Of a stretch of 64,000 nucleotides of DNA, positions 38,128-52,862 are shown in pieces (position 1 is the first letter of the stretch; every line of letters starts with the position of its first letter). Made by a program: the position numbers and the translations under genes. Source of the stretch: Macrostomum lignano (Eukaryota); the NCBI GenBank assembly GCA_002269645.1, contig NIVC01001647.1:56445-120444 (forward strand), written 5' to 3'. The notes below the pieces were generated by a model, which worked only from the letters and a program-made list of their open reading frames with translations, searched no databases and was not told where the DNA came from.

Positions 38128-38184
38128 TGCAGTTTTCTATTGCAGTTTTCTATTGCAGTTTTCTATTGCAGTTTTCTATTGCAG
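38128..38184. repeat. 13-bp TTTTCTATTGCAG x4
   Basis: Short tandem repeat. Confidence 0.9.
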
Positions 38185-38782
38185 TATTTCAGTTCTGCGA
38201 GAACCAGATGGATTTTAATCCCCAAATTCGGCAGTTTGTCACGCGGCACCATAACTCCCCAAAAATCCCCTCTCCAGCTGCACTTGCACTGAGTCGATGA
38301 CTGCGATGAGGAACAATTGATTTCTTTTCTAGGGCCCAAATTTCAGTCCGAAACCCGCTCCGCCTACATGCCCCATCGCGGAAGCTGGGGGCAGGGGGGG
38401 GGGTGGCAGTGCAAACACCATGCGCTGAATAAAGTCGGCGAGTTGTCAGCTGGGCCTCGGGGGCTGCGTGTCCCCCCCCCCCCCTGTTTGAACTGTTGGA
38501 CGGAGACAGCGGGCTGAGGACGGGCCTCCGGACTCTGAAAGGCATTGACATTGAAATCGAATTTTGCTGCCAAGACTGTGTGTTTGACCAGTTCTGAGCG
38601 AAAGCTGTTCGCTGCTGAGTTCTCTGAAAATTTGTTCTGAAGAATCGTTTTTATGGAAATTTCGTGTTTCTCCCCTAGGCTGCTCCAACAGCAAAATGGG
38701 AAAACTGTCCCTTCTGGTTGCTTAGATCTGCTGTAAGTAGCTTCTGGTAGGTGATTATTGATTGATTGATTGATTGCCGTTG

Positions 38783-40099
<1,317 letters not shown>

Positions 40100-41242
40100 G
40101 CACTGATGATGAGATCATTCGTCATTCAGTTCAAGAAGCAGCCGTCAGTGTCAACTGTCAGGTAGCTGCCATACTGTACAGCGCCATTGTGTGCAGCTGG
40201 AAAAGGCACTTACTGAATTGCAATACGGCTCTCTATTCAATGGATTGTCTTTCACAACTGCAAGCAGCTGGCCCGCAGAATAAAACAGCCCCTTTTCTTC
40301 TCTAAGAATTCGACTCGAAGGAACCGTGCGGGCTCAACTTAATGAGATGGAGAGCCTCGCAGCTTCCGTCCCTTCCTCATCTCGCCCAGGACTCCGCAAT
40401 TTCTTCGACTCAGTGAAGCAAAGTGTGAAAAGGGAGAATAAAAAGAGGGCTTCGGCCAGTCTTAAAAAGAGAGCGCTGTCCTCTCTTCATCAGTCCATCT
40501 GCTTCCAGCATCCCCTTCTCAGCCTCGCGATTCTCCCCCCTCTCTCTCTAATCCCCGCGGAGTTGAAATTGCACTTTAACAATTTGCATAACAAGAGGCT
40601 GGGCGCACCGGCCATCCCTATCACCGGATTTGCGTGATTAAAGAGGATCTCGCTGCCCCCAGTTTATTATTAGGGGATCTGATTTTCCCCCCTCCCGCTG
40701 TGTCAGGCAGGTTCGGCCTCTCAGACAGCTCCCAGATCCGGCTTCTTCCCTACTTTGTTGCAGAAATTTCATATTCAAATTTCTGTTGCTACTCCTTCCG
40801 CAATAATTTTTCCCTCAAATTGGGCAGGGCCAACAGGCCCCGGGCAGGCCCTGAGAAGGCCAGGTGCGATGGCGGTCCCAAGTGAGGGGAAATGTTGCCA
40901 GAAGGCCCGTGTTTGCCTTTCCCACGCGGCTCAGCAGCAGCGGCCGTGCCCGCCATCTCTCGCTGGTGTAAAAAATTAAATGAAGAGAAATAAATGTTGA
41001 GTCACGAATCTGTGCCACCACCTCGCCCGGAACCGTTATTCACCAATTTTTTCTGGCCTCCTCTCTCGACTGCCATAATTGATTTCTTTTTCTTCCACGT
41101 TGCCTCTTCATTTGACTTTTTCTGCTTTTTTCCCATGCAGTCTTTCGCGAGTGTCAGCCACCTTGCATGCTGCTTCGGGCTGGAGGGCTCTGGACTGCTT
41201 TGATTCTGCGTGTTTGCTGGGTGCATACTCACCTGTCTCTCT

Positions 41243-42681
41243 CTCCCCATCCTCTCCCACCTCCCTCTCCCACCTCCCTCTCCCACCTCCCTCTCCCACC
41301 TCCCTCTCCCACCTCCCTCTCCCACCTCCCTCTCCCACCTCCCTCTCCCACCTCCCTCTCCCACCTCCCTCTCCCACCTCCCTCTCCCACCTCCCTCTCC
41401 CTCCTCCCTCTCCCACCTCCCTCTCCCACCTCCCTCTCCCACCTCCCTCTCCCTCCTCCCTCTCCCACCTCCCTCTCCCACCTCCCTCTCCCACCTCCCT
41501 CTCCCACCTCCCTCTCCCACCTCCCTCTCCCACCTCCCTCTCCCACCTCCCTCTCCATCCCCCTTCTCCCACCTCCCTCTCCCAACTGCGTCTACAAACC
41601 TCCCTCTCCCACCTCCCTCTCCCAACTGCGTCTACAAACCTCCCTCTCCCACCTCCCTCTCCCACCTCCCTCTCCATCCCCCTCTTCCACCTTCCTCTCC
41701 CACCTCCCTCTCCCACCTCCCTCTCCCACCTCCCTCTCCCACCTCCCTCTCCCACCTCCCTCTCCCACCTCCCTCTCCCACCTCCCTCTCTCACCTTCCT
41801 CTCTCGCCTCCCTCTCCCACCTCCCTCTCCCACCTCCCTCTCTCACCTTCCTCTCTCACCTCCCTCTCCCACCTCCCTCTCTCACCTTCTTCTCCCACCT
41901 CCCTCTCCCACCTCCCTCTCTCACCTTCCTCTCCCACCTCCCTCTCCACCTCCCTCTCTCACCTTCCTCTCTCACCTCCCTCTCCCACCTCCCTCTCTCA
42001 CCTTCCTCTCTCACCTCCCTCTCCCACCTCCCTCTCTCACCTTCCTCTCTCACCTCCCTCTCCCACCTCCCTCTCCCACCTCCCTCTCCCACATTCCTCT
42101 CCCACCTCCCTCTCCCACCTCCCTCTCCCACCTCCCTCTCCCACCTCCCTCTCCCAGCTCTCTCTCCCACATTCCTCTCCCACCTCCCTCTCCCACCTCC
42201 CTCTCCCACCTCCCTCTCTCACCTTCCTCTCCCACCTCCCTCTCCCACCTCCCTCTCCCACCTCCCTCTCTCACCTTCCTCTCCCACCTCCCTCTCCCAC
42301 CTCCCTCTCTCACCTTCCTCTCTCACCTCCCTCTCCCACCTCCCTCTCTCACCTTCCTCTCTCACCTCCCTCTCTCACCTTCCTCTCTCGCCTCCCTCTC
42401 CCACCTCCCTCTCTCACCTTCCTCTCTCGCGCCTCCCTCTCCCACCTCCCTCTCTCACCTTCCTCTCTCGCCTCCCTCTCCCACCTCCCTCTCTCACCTT
42501 CCTCTCTCGCGCCTCCCTCTCCCACCTCCCTCTCTCACCTTTCTCTCTCGCCTCCCTCTCCCACCTCCCTCTCTCACCTTCCTCTCTCACCTCCCTCTCC
42601 CACCTCCCTCTCTCACCTTCCTCTCTCACCTCCCTCTCCCACCTCCCTCTCCCACCTCCCTCTCCCACCTCCCTCTCCCAC
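41243..42681. repeat. 13-bp CCTCCCTCTCCCA-based polypyrimidine minisatellite
   Basis: Tandem repeat with CTCACCTT variants. Confidence 0.96.
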
Positions 42682-43319
42682 CTGCCTCAACACTTGAATC
42701 GCTAACTCCTAAAATAAGTGCATTAGCAGGCAAACAAATCCATAGTGAATGCAGAAATCTATGAGTTATGAAAACCCAAAACACCCCAGAGAAAATCAGC
42801 TTCACTGTGCGACCCTGACCTCGGCCGTCAACAATAGAACAGCAGGATTAAGGCTGGAACAAGCACGCAATCCGCAACTTTCCCATCTAGTCCGCCGATT
42901 CATCGAAATGATTTGCCAGCCCCAATGCGACAATAGGAGGCTGGACAAGCCCGATGGGGAAGCATTGTTCCATTTTACTGCCGCCATCCGCGGCAGCATC
43001 CACGCAAACAGCAACTGGCTGCCTGACTGACTTCTGTGTTGAATCCACAGAGATCAACTCCCCCTGAGTTTACTGCCACTCTGCGATCCATTTTTAATAG
43101 CGGAATACGATCTCAAAGTTCCTGCGCTTGGAGACTTTTTATGTTGTCGGGAGAGCCTATTTCTGGACTATTAAGATGCCTAAACCTGTGCTTGAGCACA
43201 CTTTACTTACACGTAGGGTTTCCTGTTAATTTTGGAGGCCTCTGGATGACCTTTCTTGTCTCTACAAGAATGCAGCTCTTATGCGCGTCCTGAAAAGATC
43301 TATGTAGCGCCTCCCTCAA

Positions 43320-43700
43320 CACCAAAAAGTGGCGCCCCTCGACACCAAAAGTGGCGCCCTCTCGACACCAAAAGTGGCGCCCCTCGACAGCAATAGTAGC
43401 GCCCCCTCGACATCAAATGTGGCGCCCTTCGACACCAAAAGTGGCGCCCTCTGGACATCAAAAGTGGCGCCCTTCGACACCAAAAGTGGCGCCCTCTCGA
43501 CACCAAAAGTGGCGCCCTTCGACACAAAAAGTGGCGCCCCTCTGACATTAAAAGTGGCGCCCTCTCGACACCAAAAGTGGCGCCCCTCTGACATTAAAAG
43601 TGGTGCCCTCTCGACACCAAAAGTGGCGCCCTCTCGACACCAAAAGTGGCGCCTCCTCGACACCAAAAGTGGGGCCCTCTCGGCACCAAAAGTGGCGCCC
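43320..43700. repeat. 22/23-bp minisatellite CGACACCAAAAGTGGCGCCCTCT
   Basis: Direct tandem repeat. Confidence 0.94.
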
Positions 43701-44192
43701 CCGAACGCCAGCACTTTCAAAGGTTAAGCAATCGCGGCTTCGGTTAGTTAGCTAAAAAGCCACTCACAGGGAGCTGCTGTTCACTCTGCTGGGGACAGAC
43801 TGGCAGCTCTAGGCTTGGGTGAAAATTCCCACACTGCCAGCACACTGTATTTGGATAATTTCGTCAATCAAAAACAACAACCTAGCTGCAGTCAAACCAA
43901 AGCGTCTCAGAAAATTTCTAAGAGACCGCATATTTTCTTAAGTCCCTAAACTCCACTGTTCGCTTAATCAAAATGGGATCTTAGTGGCGTCTCTCTCCCC
44001 CATATCCCTTACGGCGAGGTCCTCTGGCTCGAGTTGGCGTGAAAACTCTGCAACAGGTGGGCAGGAGTCCAGTGCAGCGTCTGAGATGCTCTTATAATGG
44101 GAGTGAGGCCTGTTAGGATAGAACCCAGGTGAAGTTCAAGTCTGCCAGTGTACTGGGGACAAAGCGGAACTTTGATCTGCGTCCTTTGTTTG

Positions 44193-44669
44193 GTAGATAG
44201 ATAGGTAGGTAGGTAGGTAGGTAGGTAGGTAGGTAGGTAGGTAGGTAGGTAGGTAGGTAGGTAGGTAGGTAGGTAGGTAGGTAGGTAAGTAGGTAGGTAG
44301 TTAGATAGGTAGGTAGGTAGGTAGGTAGGTAGGTAGGTAGGTATGGAGGTAAGTAAAGTAGGTAGGTAGGAAGGTAGATAGTTGGGTACGAGTAGGTAGA
44401 TACTCGTAGATCGATAGATAGGTAAGTAGGTAAGTAGGGAGGTAGGAAAAGTAGGTAGGTAAGTAGCAAGGTAGGTAGGCAGGTAGATAAGTAGGTAGGT
44501 AGGTAGGTAGGTAAGGTAGGTAGGTAAGTAGGTAGATAAGTTGGTAGGTAGGTAAGTAGGTAAGTAAGTGGGTAGGTAAGTAGGTATGTGGGTAGGTAAG
44601 TAGGTAGGTAGGTAAGTAGGTAAGTGGGTAGGTAGGTAGGTAGGTAAGTAGATAGGTAGGTAGGTAGGT
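44193..44669. repeat. Degenerate (TAGG)n microsatellite
   Basis: Tetranucleotide run with many interruptions. Confidence 0.95.
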
Positions 44670-45040
44670 CGCAGAGAAACTTGTGCGACTTCATCTGCTG
44701 ATTGGGAGTATTTTTAATCAGGTGCGAGTAGACTCCAGTCTGGAGTGTGTTCCACTTCCCTATTATCGAGTTTCTGCCGCAAAGTTTGCTTCTGGCAGGC
44801 AAAGCCAATCAATCTGTGCCTTTTTTAATCTTCCAATGCATCCATACGCTTTAAAAAACTTCCCTGAATCTCCAACTGAGTTTGGCCTGCATTGCGTATG
44901 CAGCTCATTAATGTTGCGGACTGTTTAAAGTTCTGGGCCGACACTGCTCTAAACAGAGGCCACTACTGGTTTTGCTCGTAAATACTAAACTGATTGCTCT
45001 GGACCCGGGTAAAAGTACAAGTTGATCGTAGCTTGTGGGT

Positions 45041-45232
45041 GAGGAGAGGAGAGGAGAGGAGAGGAGAGGAGAGGAGAGGAGAGGAGAGGAGAGGAGAGTA
45101 GAGGAGAGGAGAGGAGAGGAGAGGAGAGGAGAGTAGAGGAGAGGAGAGGAGAGGAGAGGAGAGGAGAGGAGAGGAGAGGAGAGGAGAGGAGAGGAGAGGA
45201 GAGGAGAGGAGAGGAGAAGAGCGGAGAGGAGA
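45041..45232. repeat. (GAGGA)n pentanucleotide microsatellite
   Basis: Near-perfect run. Confidence 0.96.
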
Positions 45233-46055
45233 AATGAGATGTGATGACATGAGATGAGATCTATCGCAGTATAGACCTCTCCAGGTGCCCAGACGCCATC
45301 AGGCTGTGAAAGCGTCATCCAAGTTTCTCTCTCTCTCTCTCTGGATTAGAAAATTATGAATCAATATTTTCTTGAAGTAGTTTGAATCGCTCTTATTCTC
45401 CAAAAATCAATTTTCTTCATACATCGCGGTCCGTTGAAGTGGGGCACACGGAGTGGGACTGAGGGTAGACGCTATCGGATAAAACCATAATTGATTGCAT
45501 TCAAATTGGAGTTAGGCAAAAGTTTACAAGTTTCAACCTCGAGTGGCTGATGGAGGGCGGCCAGTCTCGACCCTCTTCCCAGCTCACTTCAGCTCCGTTT
45601 TCCGTTCTTTTAGAAGCAGAAAAACAGTGAATTTTGGCGCGATTGCTTAATGCACTAACTAGATGCCCCCAGTTCCCTAAGCCCTGTTCTCATTGAGTTC
45701 ACCTTAAAACTAACCTGCAGTGAAATAACTGGATGACAATTTGTACACCTGCGCCTCTCCCCACCCCTCCCTTCTGTTGTTCACCTGACTGTCTTCCATT
45801 AATAATTAGCAGACTCAAACAGCAGCGGATCGGGGTGTGTGGGGGGGCGGGGCGACGATGAAGGAAGCTGAAGGAGATGAAGGAGATGGACACGAGAGAG
45901 CGCCGCGGCGGGAGGCTGGGGGCCTACAGACAGACTGAAGACTTGGGTGAAGAAGGAGGAGAATGCAATGATGAGGCATAAAGCGCCTTTGCAGCTGCCC
46001 CCTACACATCCTGTGCTGTGTCAGTGGCTGGGTGGCGCCACGGTGACCCGCCCTC

Positions 46056-46059
<4 letters not shown>

Positions 46060-46102
<43 letters not shown>
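46060..46102. repeat. (CT)n microsatellite
   Basis: Dinucleotide run. Confidence 0.9.
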
Positions 46103-46106
<4 letters not shown>

Positions 46107-46317
46107 CTCTCCATCTCCCTCATTGTCTTTAAGCTGCAGCTTTTCCTGGGCGCCATCCACAATTGACTTGCGCCACACAGCCTCCGTGTTTTAGAAAAGT
46201 GCGCCGTCGCCTAAATTGCCATTCTAATCAGAAATGAGTGTGGGGCAATCAGGGCATTTATGGATCTTACAGACATTCTTTATGTTTGTTGTTTATTCTG
46301 CTTCGTTCGGGTATTGA

Positions 46318-46702
46318 TCATAGATTAGCAGTCCATTCTATTCCTTCATTCATCTAGCATAGATTAGCAATCCATTCTATTCCTTCATTCATCTAGCATA
46401 GATTAGCAATCCATTCTAATCCTTCATTCATCTAGCATAGATTAGCAATCCATTCTATTCCTTCATGCATCTGGCATAGATTAGCGATCCATTCTATTCC
46501 TTCATGCATCTAGCATAGATTAGCGATCCATTCTATTCCTTCATGCATCTAGCATAGATTAGCAATCCATTCTATTCCTTCATGCATCTTGCATAGATTA
46601 GCAATTCATTCTATTCCTTCATGCATCTAGCATAGATTAGCGATCCATTCTATTCCTTCATGCATCTGGCATAGATTAGCAATCCATTCTAATCCTTCAT
46701 GC
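46318..46702. repeat. 39-bp minisatellite CATAGATTAGCAATCCATTCTATTCCTTCATGCATCTAG, ~10 copies
   Basis: Direct tandem repeat ending ~60 nt before the exon at 46763. Confidence 0.95.
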
Positions 46703-46762
46703 ATATTGGCTACTCTCGTACAGTTGCTAAAATACCGAACCCCTTTCTCTCCCCGCCCGCAG

Positions 46763-46913
46763 CCTCACAATGGCTGCCACTATCAGCAGCAGCTCAGCTA
46801 CTCGCTGATGCCGCACCACCAGAACCTGCTGCCACCCGGAGACTACGAGGTGGCCTCCGCGGATTCCGGACACGGGGCCAGCGAGGAAGAGATCCATTCG
46901 GATCAGCAGCGGG
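46763..46913 (+). CDS. Protocadherin cytoplasmic exon with CM1-like motif (SADSGHGASEEE)
   Basis: Pyrimidine-rich acceptor ...CCCGCAG|CCT (phase 0, compatible with exon 3); donor G|GTGAGC (phase 1). DSGHG.S resembles the delta-protocadherin CM1 motif. Additional exons between 37014 and 46762 cannot be excluded. Confidence 0.72.
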
Positions 46914-46984
46914 GTGAGCCGCCACTTTGACTTCTGGACCGATGAGCTGGGAGATGCAGAGGGATGATGCTGGATGTTTTGGAG

Positions 46985-47705
46985 GGGAGAAAGGTACTGA
47001 CGGGAAGGGAGGCAGCGTGAGGGGAAGGGGTGTGAGAGTGAAGGAATGGGGGAGAGTGAGGGGAAGGGGTGAGAGTGAGGGGAATAGAAAGAGTGAGGGG
47101 AAGGGTGTGAGAGTGAAGGGAAGGGGTATGAGAGTGAAGGGAATGGGGGAGAGTGAGGGGAAAGGTGTGAGAGCGAGGGGAAGGGGTGCGAGAGTAAAGG
47201 GAAGGGTGTGAGTTGAGGAGAAAGGTTGGGAGAGTGAGGGGAAGGGGTGAGAGTGAGGGGAAGGGGTGAGAGTGAGGGGAAGGGGTGAGAGTGAGGGGAA
47301 ACGGTGAGAGTGAGGGGAAGGGGTGTGAGAGTGAGGGGAATGGGGAGAGTGAGGGGAAGGGGTGAGAGTGAGGGGAAACGGTGAGAGTGAGGGGAAGGGG
47401 TGTGAGAGTGAGGGGAATGGGGAGAGTGAGGGGAAGGGGTGAGAGTGAGGGGAAACGGTGAGAGTGAGGGGAAGGGGTATGAGAGTGAGGGGAATGGGGA
47501 GAGTGAGGGGAAGGGGTGTGAGAGTGAGGGGAATGGGGAGAGTGAGGGGAAGGGGTGTGAGAGTGAGGGGAATGGTGAGAGTGAGGGGAAGGGGTGTGAG
47601 AGTGAGGGGAATGGTGAGAGTGAGGGGAAGGGGTGTGAGAGTGAGGGGAAACGGTGAGAGTGAGGGGAAGGGGTGAGAGTGAGGGGAAATGGTGGGAGTG
47701 AGGGG
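46985..47705. repeat. Purine-rich GAGAGTGAGGGGAA(G/T)GGG-type minisatellite
   Basis: Tandem 19-21-bp variant units. Confidence 0.93.
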
Positions 47706-48334
47706 ACTGAAGAGACTGAATAAAACATCAATCACTAGCTTTGTTGTCAGCAAGGCTTAGCGGAGAAGATTTGGAGATGCATGGCATGAGAAAAAATGAG
47801 TGATTGGTATGAAGGCAGGAGCGATTTGAAATTCGAAGGTTCGATGGCATTGGCTGTTAAACAGGGCAAAATCACTCTAGAACAGGTTTCAGAGAACTGT
47901 TCTGGAGGTCAGATGGAAGCCAAGCAGAAATTGTTTAGGCCGAATACAAGTGCCATTTGGTATTCGAGTGCCAGTCAGTCCGTTTTCAAATTATTTCTTT
48001 GTTATCGGGGGCAGGGGGTTGGCGAACTGAATTATAATTTGGCGATTATTATTTTTTAACGAAGTTTTGACAAGTTGACGGGCGGATGAGTGATTGGCCT
48101 GCCTGACTTCTATTCGAGCTAATTATGGCTAATTTACAATTAGAATTGTTGCAATCCCTCTGATGCTGAGGGCAGCGATTATCCGCAAATTAGTCTGTCA
48201 TGGTGAGCAAGGCTTCTCCATCTCTCTCCTCGCCTCTCTGTTCGCTCCTCTCCCCTTCCACATGCTGCCTGGTAGCCTGACTCATGGGATTGGGCAGTGA
48301 CATCTCACAACCCCCTCTCCCTGTCTACTGCCTA

Positions 48335-49256
48335 CTCACTGCACACTGCCTACACACTGATTCTCACACTGCCTACTCACTGATTCTCACACTGTCTACA
48401 CACTGATTCTCACACTGCCTACTCACTGATTCTCACACTGCCTACTCACTGATTCTCACACTGCCTACTCACTGATTGTCACACTGCCTACTCACTGATT
48501 CTCACACTGCCTACTCACTGATTCTCACACTGCCTACTCACTGATTCTCACACTGCCTACTCACTGATTCTCACACTGCCTACTCACTGATTCTCACACT
48601 GTCTACTCACTGATTCTCACACTGCCTACTCACTGATTCCCACACTGCCTACTCACTGATTCTCACACTGCCTACTCACTGATTGTCACACTGCCTACTC
48701 ACTGATTCTCACACTGCCTACTCACTGATTCTCACACTGCCTACTCACTGATTCTCACACTGCCTACTCACTGATTCTCACACTGTCTACACACTGATTC
48801 TCACACTGCCTACTCACTGATTCTCACACTGCCTACTCACTGATTCTCACACTGCCTACTCACTGATTCTCACACTGCCTACTCACTGATTCTCACACTG
48901 CCTACTCACTGATTCTCACACTGCCTACTCACTGATTCTCACACTGCCTACTCCTGATTCTCACACTGCCTACTCACTGATTCCCACACTGCCTACTCAC
49001 TGATTCTCACACTGCCTACTCACTGATTGTCACACTGCCTACTCACTGATTCTCACACTGCCTACTCACTGATTCTCACACTGCCTACTCACTGATTCTC
49101 ACACTGCCTACTCACTGATTCTCACACTGTCTACACACTGATTCTCACACTGCCTACTCACTGATTCTCACACTGCCTACTCACTGATTCTCACACTGCC
49201 TACTCACTGATTCTCACACTGCCTACTCACTGATTCTCACACTGCCTACTCACTGC
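48335..49256. repeat. 23-bp minisatellite CACTGATTCTCACACTGCCTACT, ~40 copies
   Basis: Direct tandem repeat. Confidence 0.97.
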
Positions 49257-49594
49257 CTTCTTACTGTGCGCTTATTTCATGCGCGCCTAATCAGGCATTC
49301 ATCCCAAAAGCAGCCACCTGACAACAAGTTGGCACTTTTTTTTAAGCGGCGCCCTAAATGAAACAGTCCACACGCGCAAGTGCAGCCTGAAATCTCCCTA
49401 GAGGATTCGAAAAGATGCAGGGCGCAGAGGGCAGCAGCGCTAGCAACTACTAGGAGGCAGCATGCAGTCGATGCCAATATGGCTTTGAAAGAATCGCATA
49501 AATTGTCCAGCCCCGCCGTGTCGTCCCCTCCGCCGCACCGCCGGATCCCGACTCCCGTTCACCTCTCCCTGGAGGGGTAGGGAAGGGCAAAGAG

Positions 49595-49628
<34 letters not shown>
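49595..49628. repeat. (AG)n microsatellite
   Basis: Dinucleotide run. Confidence 0.88.
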
Positions 49629-49634
<6 letters not shown>

Positions 49635-50185
49635 GAAGAACTGAAGGCTGAGTGTTGTCGAGAAGAGGATGCGAGTAAAATGTATCAGCTTTGAATAAGA
49701 CTCTCGCCTCTCCTTCTGTTCCCAGTAGCCGCTGTGCACCGCTGCAGGATTTACGATGGCCATCTCGCATCTCCCATTTTTCGGAGCATTAAAAGTCGAG
49801 AGGGGGGGCAGCGACTGAGTCGGTGACGGCAGAGTGGCCAGTCTGCCGCCTCCTTGATGTGTTTGCAGGGGCGCTGCACTTGTTGCCCTAGTGACAAGGG
49901 AAAGGCTTTCTCTTGCTTCTCCTCTCCCATTATCCCCCCGTGTTCCCTAGCGGCTAAAAGATTCCCTCCGGCAAAAGAAGTTTTTTTTGGCACCATGTAA
50001 AGGGTGGAAAAGCTGCTTTTGCGGATCTTGTTGCCTCTTCTGTAGATTTTCCGCTTCTGCTGGAAGAGCCTGTGGACTTTTTCTTCCGTTCGTCTCGTTC
50101 TTTTTACACGCGGTTGGGATTCAAATCTGATTCTTCTTATCCTATAGAGCCATTTTAAAGTTTTCCTTAAAGTTTGTATTCCGTA

Positions 50186-50850
50186 GTATCGTCTACCTCT
50201 CGGTCTCCTACCTGAAGCATCATGTACCTCTCGGTATCCCACCTGAAGCATCATGTACCTCTCGGTCTCCCACCTGAAGCATCATCCACCTCTCGGTCTC
50301 CCACCTGAAGCATCATCTACTTCACAGTCTCCCACCTGAAGCATCATCTACTTCACAGTCTCCCACCTGAAGCATCATCTACTTCACAGTATCCCACCTG
50401 AAGCATCATCTACTTCACAGTCTCCCACCTGAAGCATCATCTACTTCACAGTCTCCCACCTAAAGCATCATCTACTTCACAGTCTCCCACCTGAAGCATC
50501 ATCTACTTCACAGTCTCCCACCTGAAGCATCATCTACTTCACAGTATCCCACCTGAAGCATCATCTACTTCACAGTATCCCACCTGAAGCATCATCTACT
50601 TCACAGTATCCCACCTAAAGCATCATCTACTTCACAGTCTCCCACCTGAAGCATCATCTACTTCACAGTCTCCCACCTGAAGCATCATCTACTTCACAGT
50701 ATCCCACCTGAAGCATCATCTACTTCACAGTCTCCCACCTGAAGCATCATCTACTTCACAGTATCCCACCTGAAGCATCATCTACTTCACAGTCTCCCAC
50801 CTAAAGCATCATCTACTTCACAGTCTCCCACCTAAAGCATCATGTACCTC
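50186..50850. repeat. 31-bp minisatellite CCCACCTGAAGCATCATCTACTTCACAGT(C/A)T, ~21 copies
   Basis: Direct tandem repeat. Confidence 0.96.
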
Positions 50851-51060
50851 ACGGTCATCTACCTCACCCTTCTGTAAAAAATCTAACCAAAATGATGGGT
50901 TCCAGCAGTTTTGCCGACAAAAAACCCACTAAAAACCGACAAGTTCGTGAGAAAATATATATGTTTAAATATAAAACAACCCCTTCACTACACTGCTATA
51001 AGTAGCAGGCACAACATTTTCGTTACTGCAAAAATTCCCAATCAAAAAATTTTCAAACAG

Positions 51061-51503
51061 CCGCCGAGCGCTTCATGACGCTGCCCAGTGGCTGCCCGGC
51101 TGCCAGATCCCGGTCCCCGGCCTGCAACTGCATCCTTGAGGAGGAATACCCGGGCTGCCACCACGAGCACATCCCACTGACCGCCTGCCGGCAGCCGCAG
51201 TCACCGTACTCGGGCATCGGCGGCGGCGGCGGCGGTGCGTTCAGCAGCGGCAGGTTCACGCCGTCGACAATATCGGCTGCGTCGTCCTCCGGACAGCAGC
51301 CCTCGCATCAGCTGCCAGGATTCAACAGTCCGCTGACTTTGCTTGGCGAGCCAAGGTTTGGCGACATCTCGTTGGGCGGCGGTCACTCCGCGGATTATCG
51401 ATCGCTGAGCCGCGGCAGCGTTCTCTCGCCCATCGCCGGCAGTCGGGCCGCCACGCCGCAGAGTTTCACCAACGGCGACAAGCCAAAATCGGCCGCAGTC
51501 TAG
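51061..51503 (+). CDS. Protocadherin terminal coding exon (Ser/Pro/Gly-rich tail)
   Basis: Acceptor TTTTTCAAACAG|CC in phase 1 joins 46913 exactly into the 51075-51503 frame (AAERFMTLPSG...KSAAV*). GC-rich, coding-like composition. Confidence 0.72.
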
Positions 51504-51535
51504 CCAGACTAAACCCTTGGTAGATGATCGTTTTG

Positions 51536-51957
<422 letters not shown>

Positions 51958-52862
51958 GCGCTCATTAAGGTCTCAAAGCCGATTGATTCATGCCTCATAG
52001 ATGATACTGGGGTTCCCCCCACCCCCCATTCTCAGCTTGTCGCACAAATACAGCTTTCAGATGCCGATATGTATAGAAAACAGAATTAGTGCAGGAATAT
52101 TTCTATCCTTGCTAATTGTTTCAATTTATTTTATCGCACAAAAAGCAAACAGAGACTCGTCAATTTGTTAATTTTAATCTGCTTGCTTGTGAAGCCAATG
52201 TATTGCTTAGGGAGTCTTCATTCACACTAAACTGCTATTACTCAGTAGTGCTATGCGAGTTATAGTGCAGTATATTTTGTTACAGTATGAATATAAAATA
52301 TTATAAGTGTGCACAATGCTCCAAAATGGTTGTGTGTCCCAGGCTTCTGTAGACAAATGGAAGAGTGTTTTAATTTTGCTGCATTTAACTGAACCCGAAA
52401 TCCTATTGTTAGCGGCTAATTAATTACTTTGATTTTGAAACTATATTAAAGTTTACTTACAATATAATCGATTTGTCATATACTACTATTAATAGCATTG
52501 GATGATGACTAATCAATAGAATATGTTGTGCCGTACATACACAACTGCCATCAAGCTTCTATCAAGAATATTATACTGGAAAGCCTGTTTTGTACAAAAT
52601 ATAGTTCGTGCTGTTGAAACTAACCGTTTGTACACATGTTTTGCTAAATGCTTGCTTATATTATATTATGCGGAGCCCTTGCGCCTGGCTCCAATTGAGT
52701 CAACACAAGCTTAATACTTATCGAATAATAAATCTAATGCTTATTATAAATACAATTCTAATATGCGATTAGTCTGTATTGACACCTGCCAGAATATAGA
52801 GCAAAGCGACTCCCCCATTCTTACTGCTTTGGATTTTATAGGGACCTGGCTGCTTAAATGGA

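Noticed and set aside
40307-40415. Candidate protocadherin exon after a good pyrimidine tract (TTTTCTTCTCTAAG)
   Set aside because: The phase-0 frame stops after 11 codons; other frames need a partner exon I cannot identify.
42749-43030. 93-aa unique ORF in a protocadherin intron (also 5379-5630, 11615-11958, 17919-18164, 29623-30093, 55467-56072)
   Set aside because: No recognisable motifs, non-coding-like composition, no consistent splice sites.
43320-43700. CACCAAAAGTGGCGCC as a CTCF-site array in a protocadherin locus
   Set aside because: Only the GTGGCGC half matches; spacing to CACCA is wrong.
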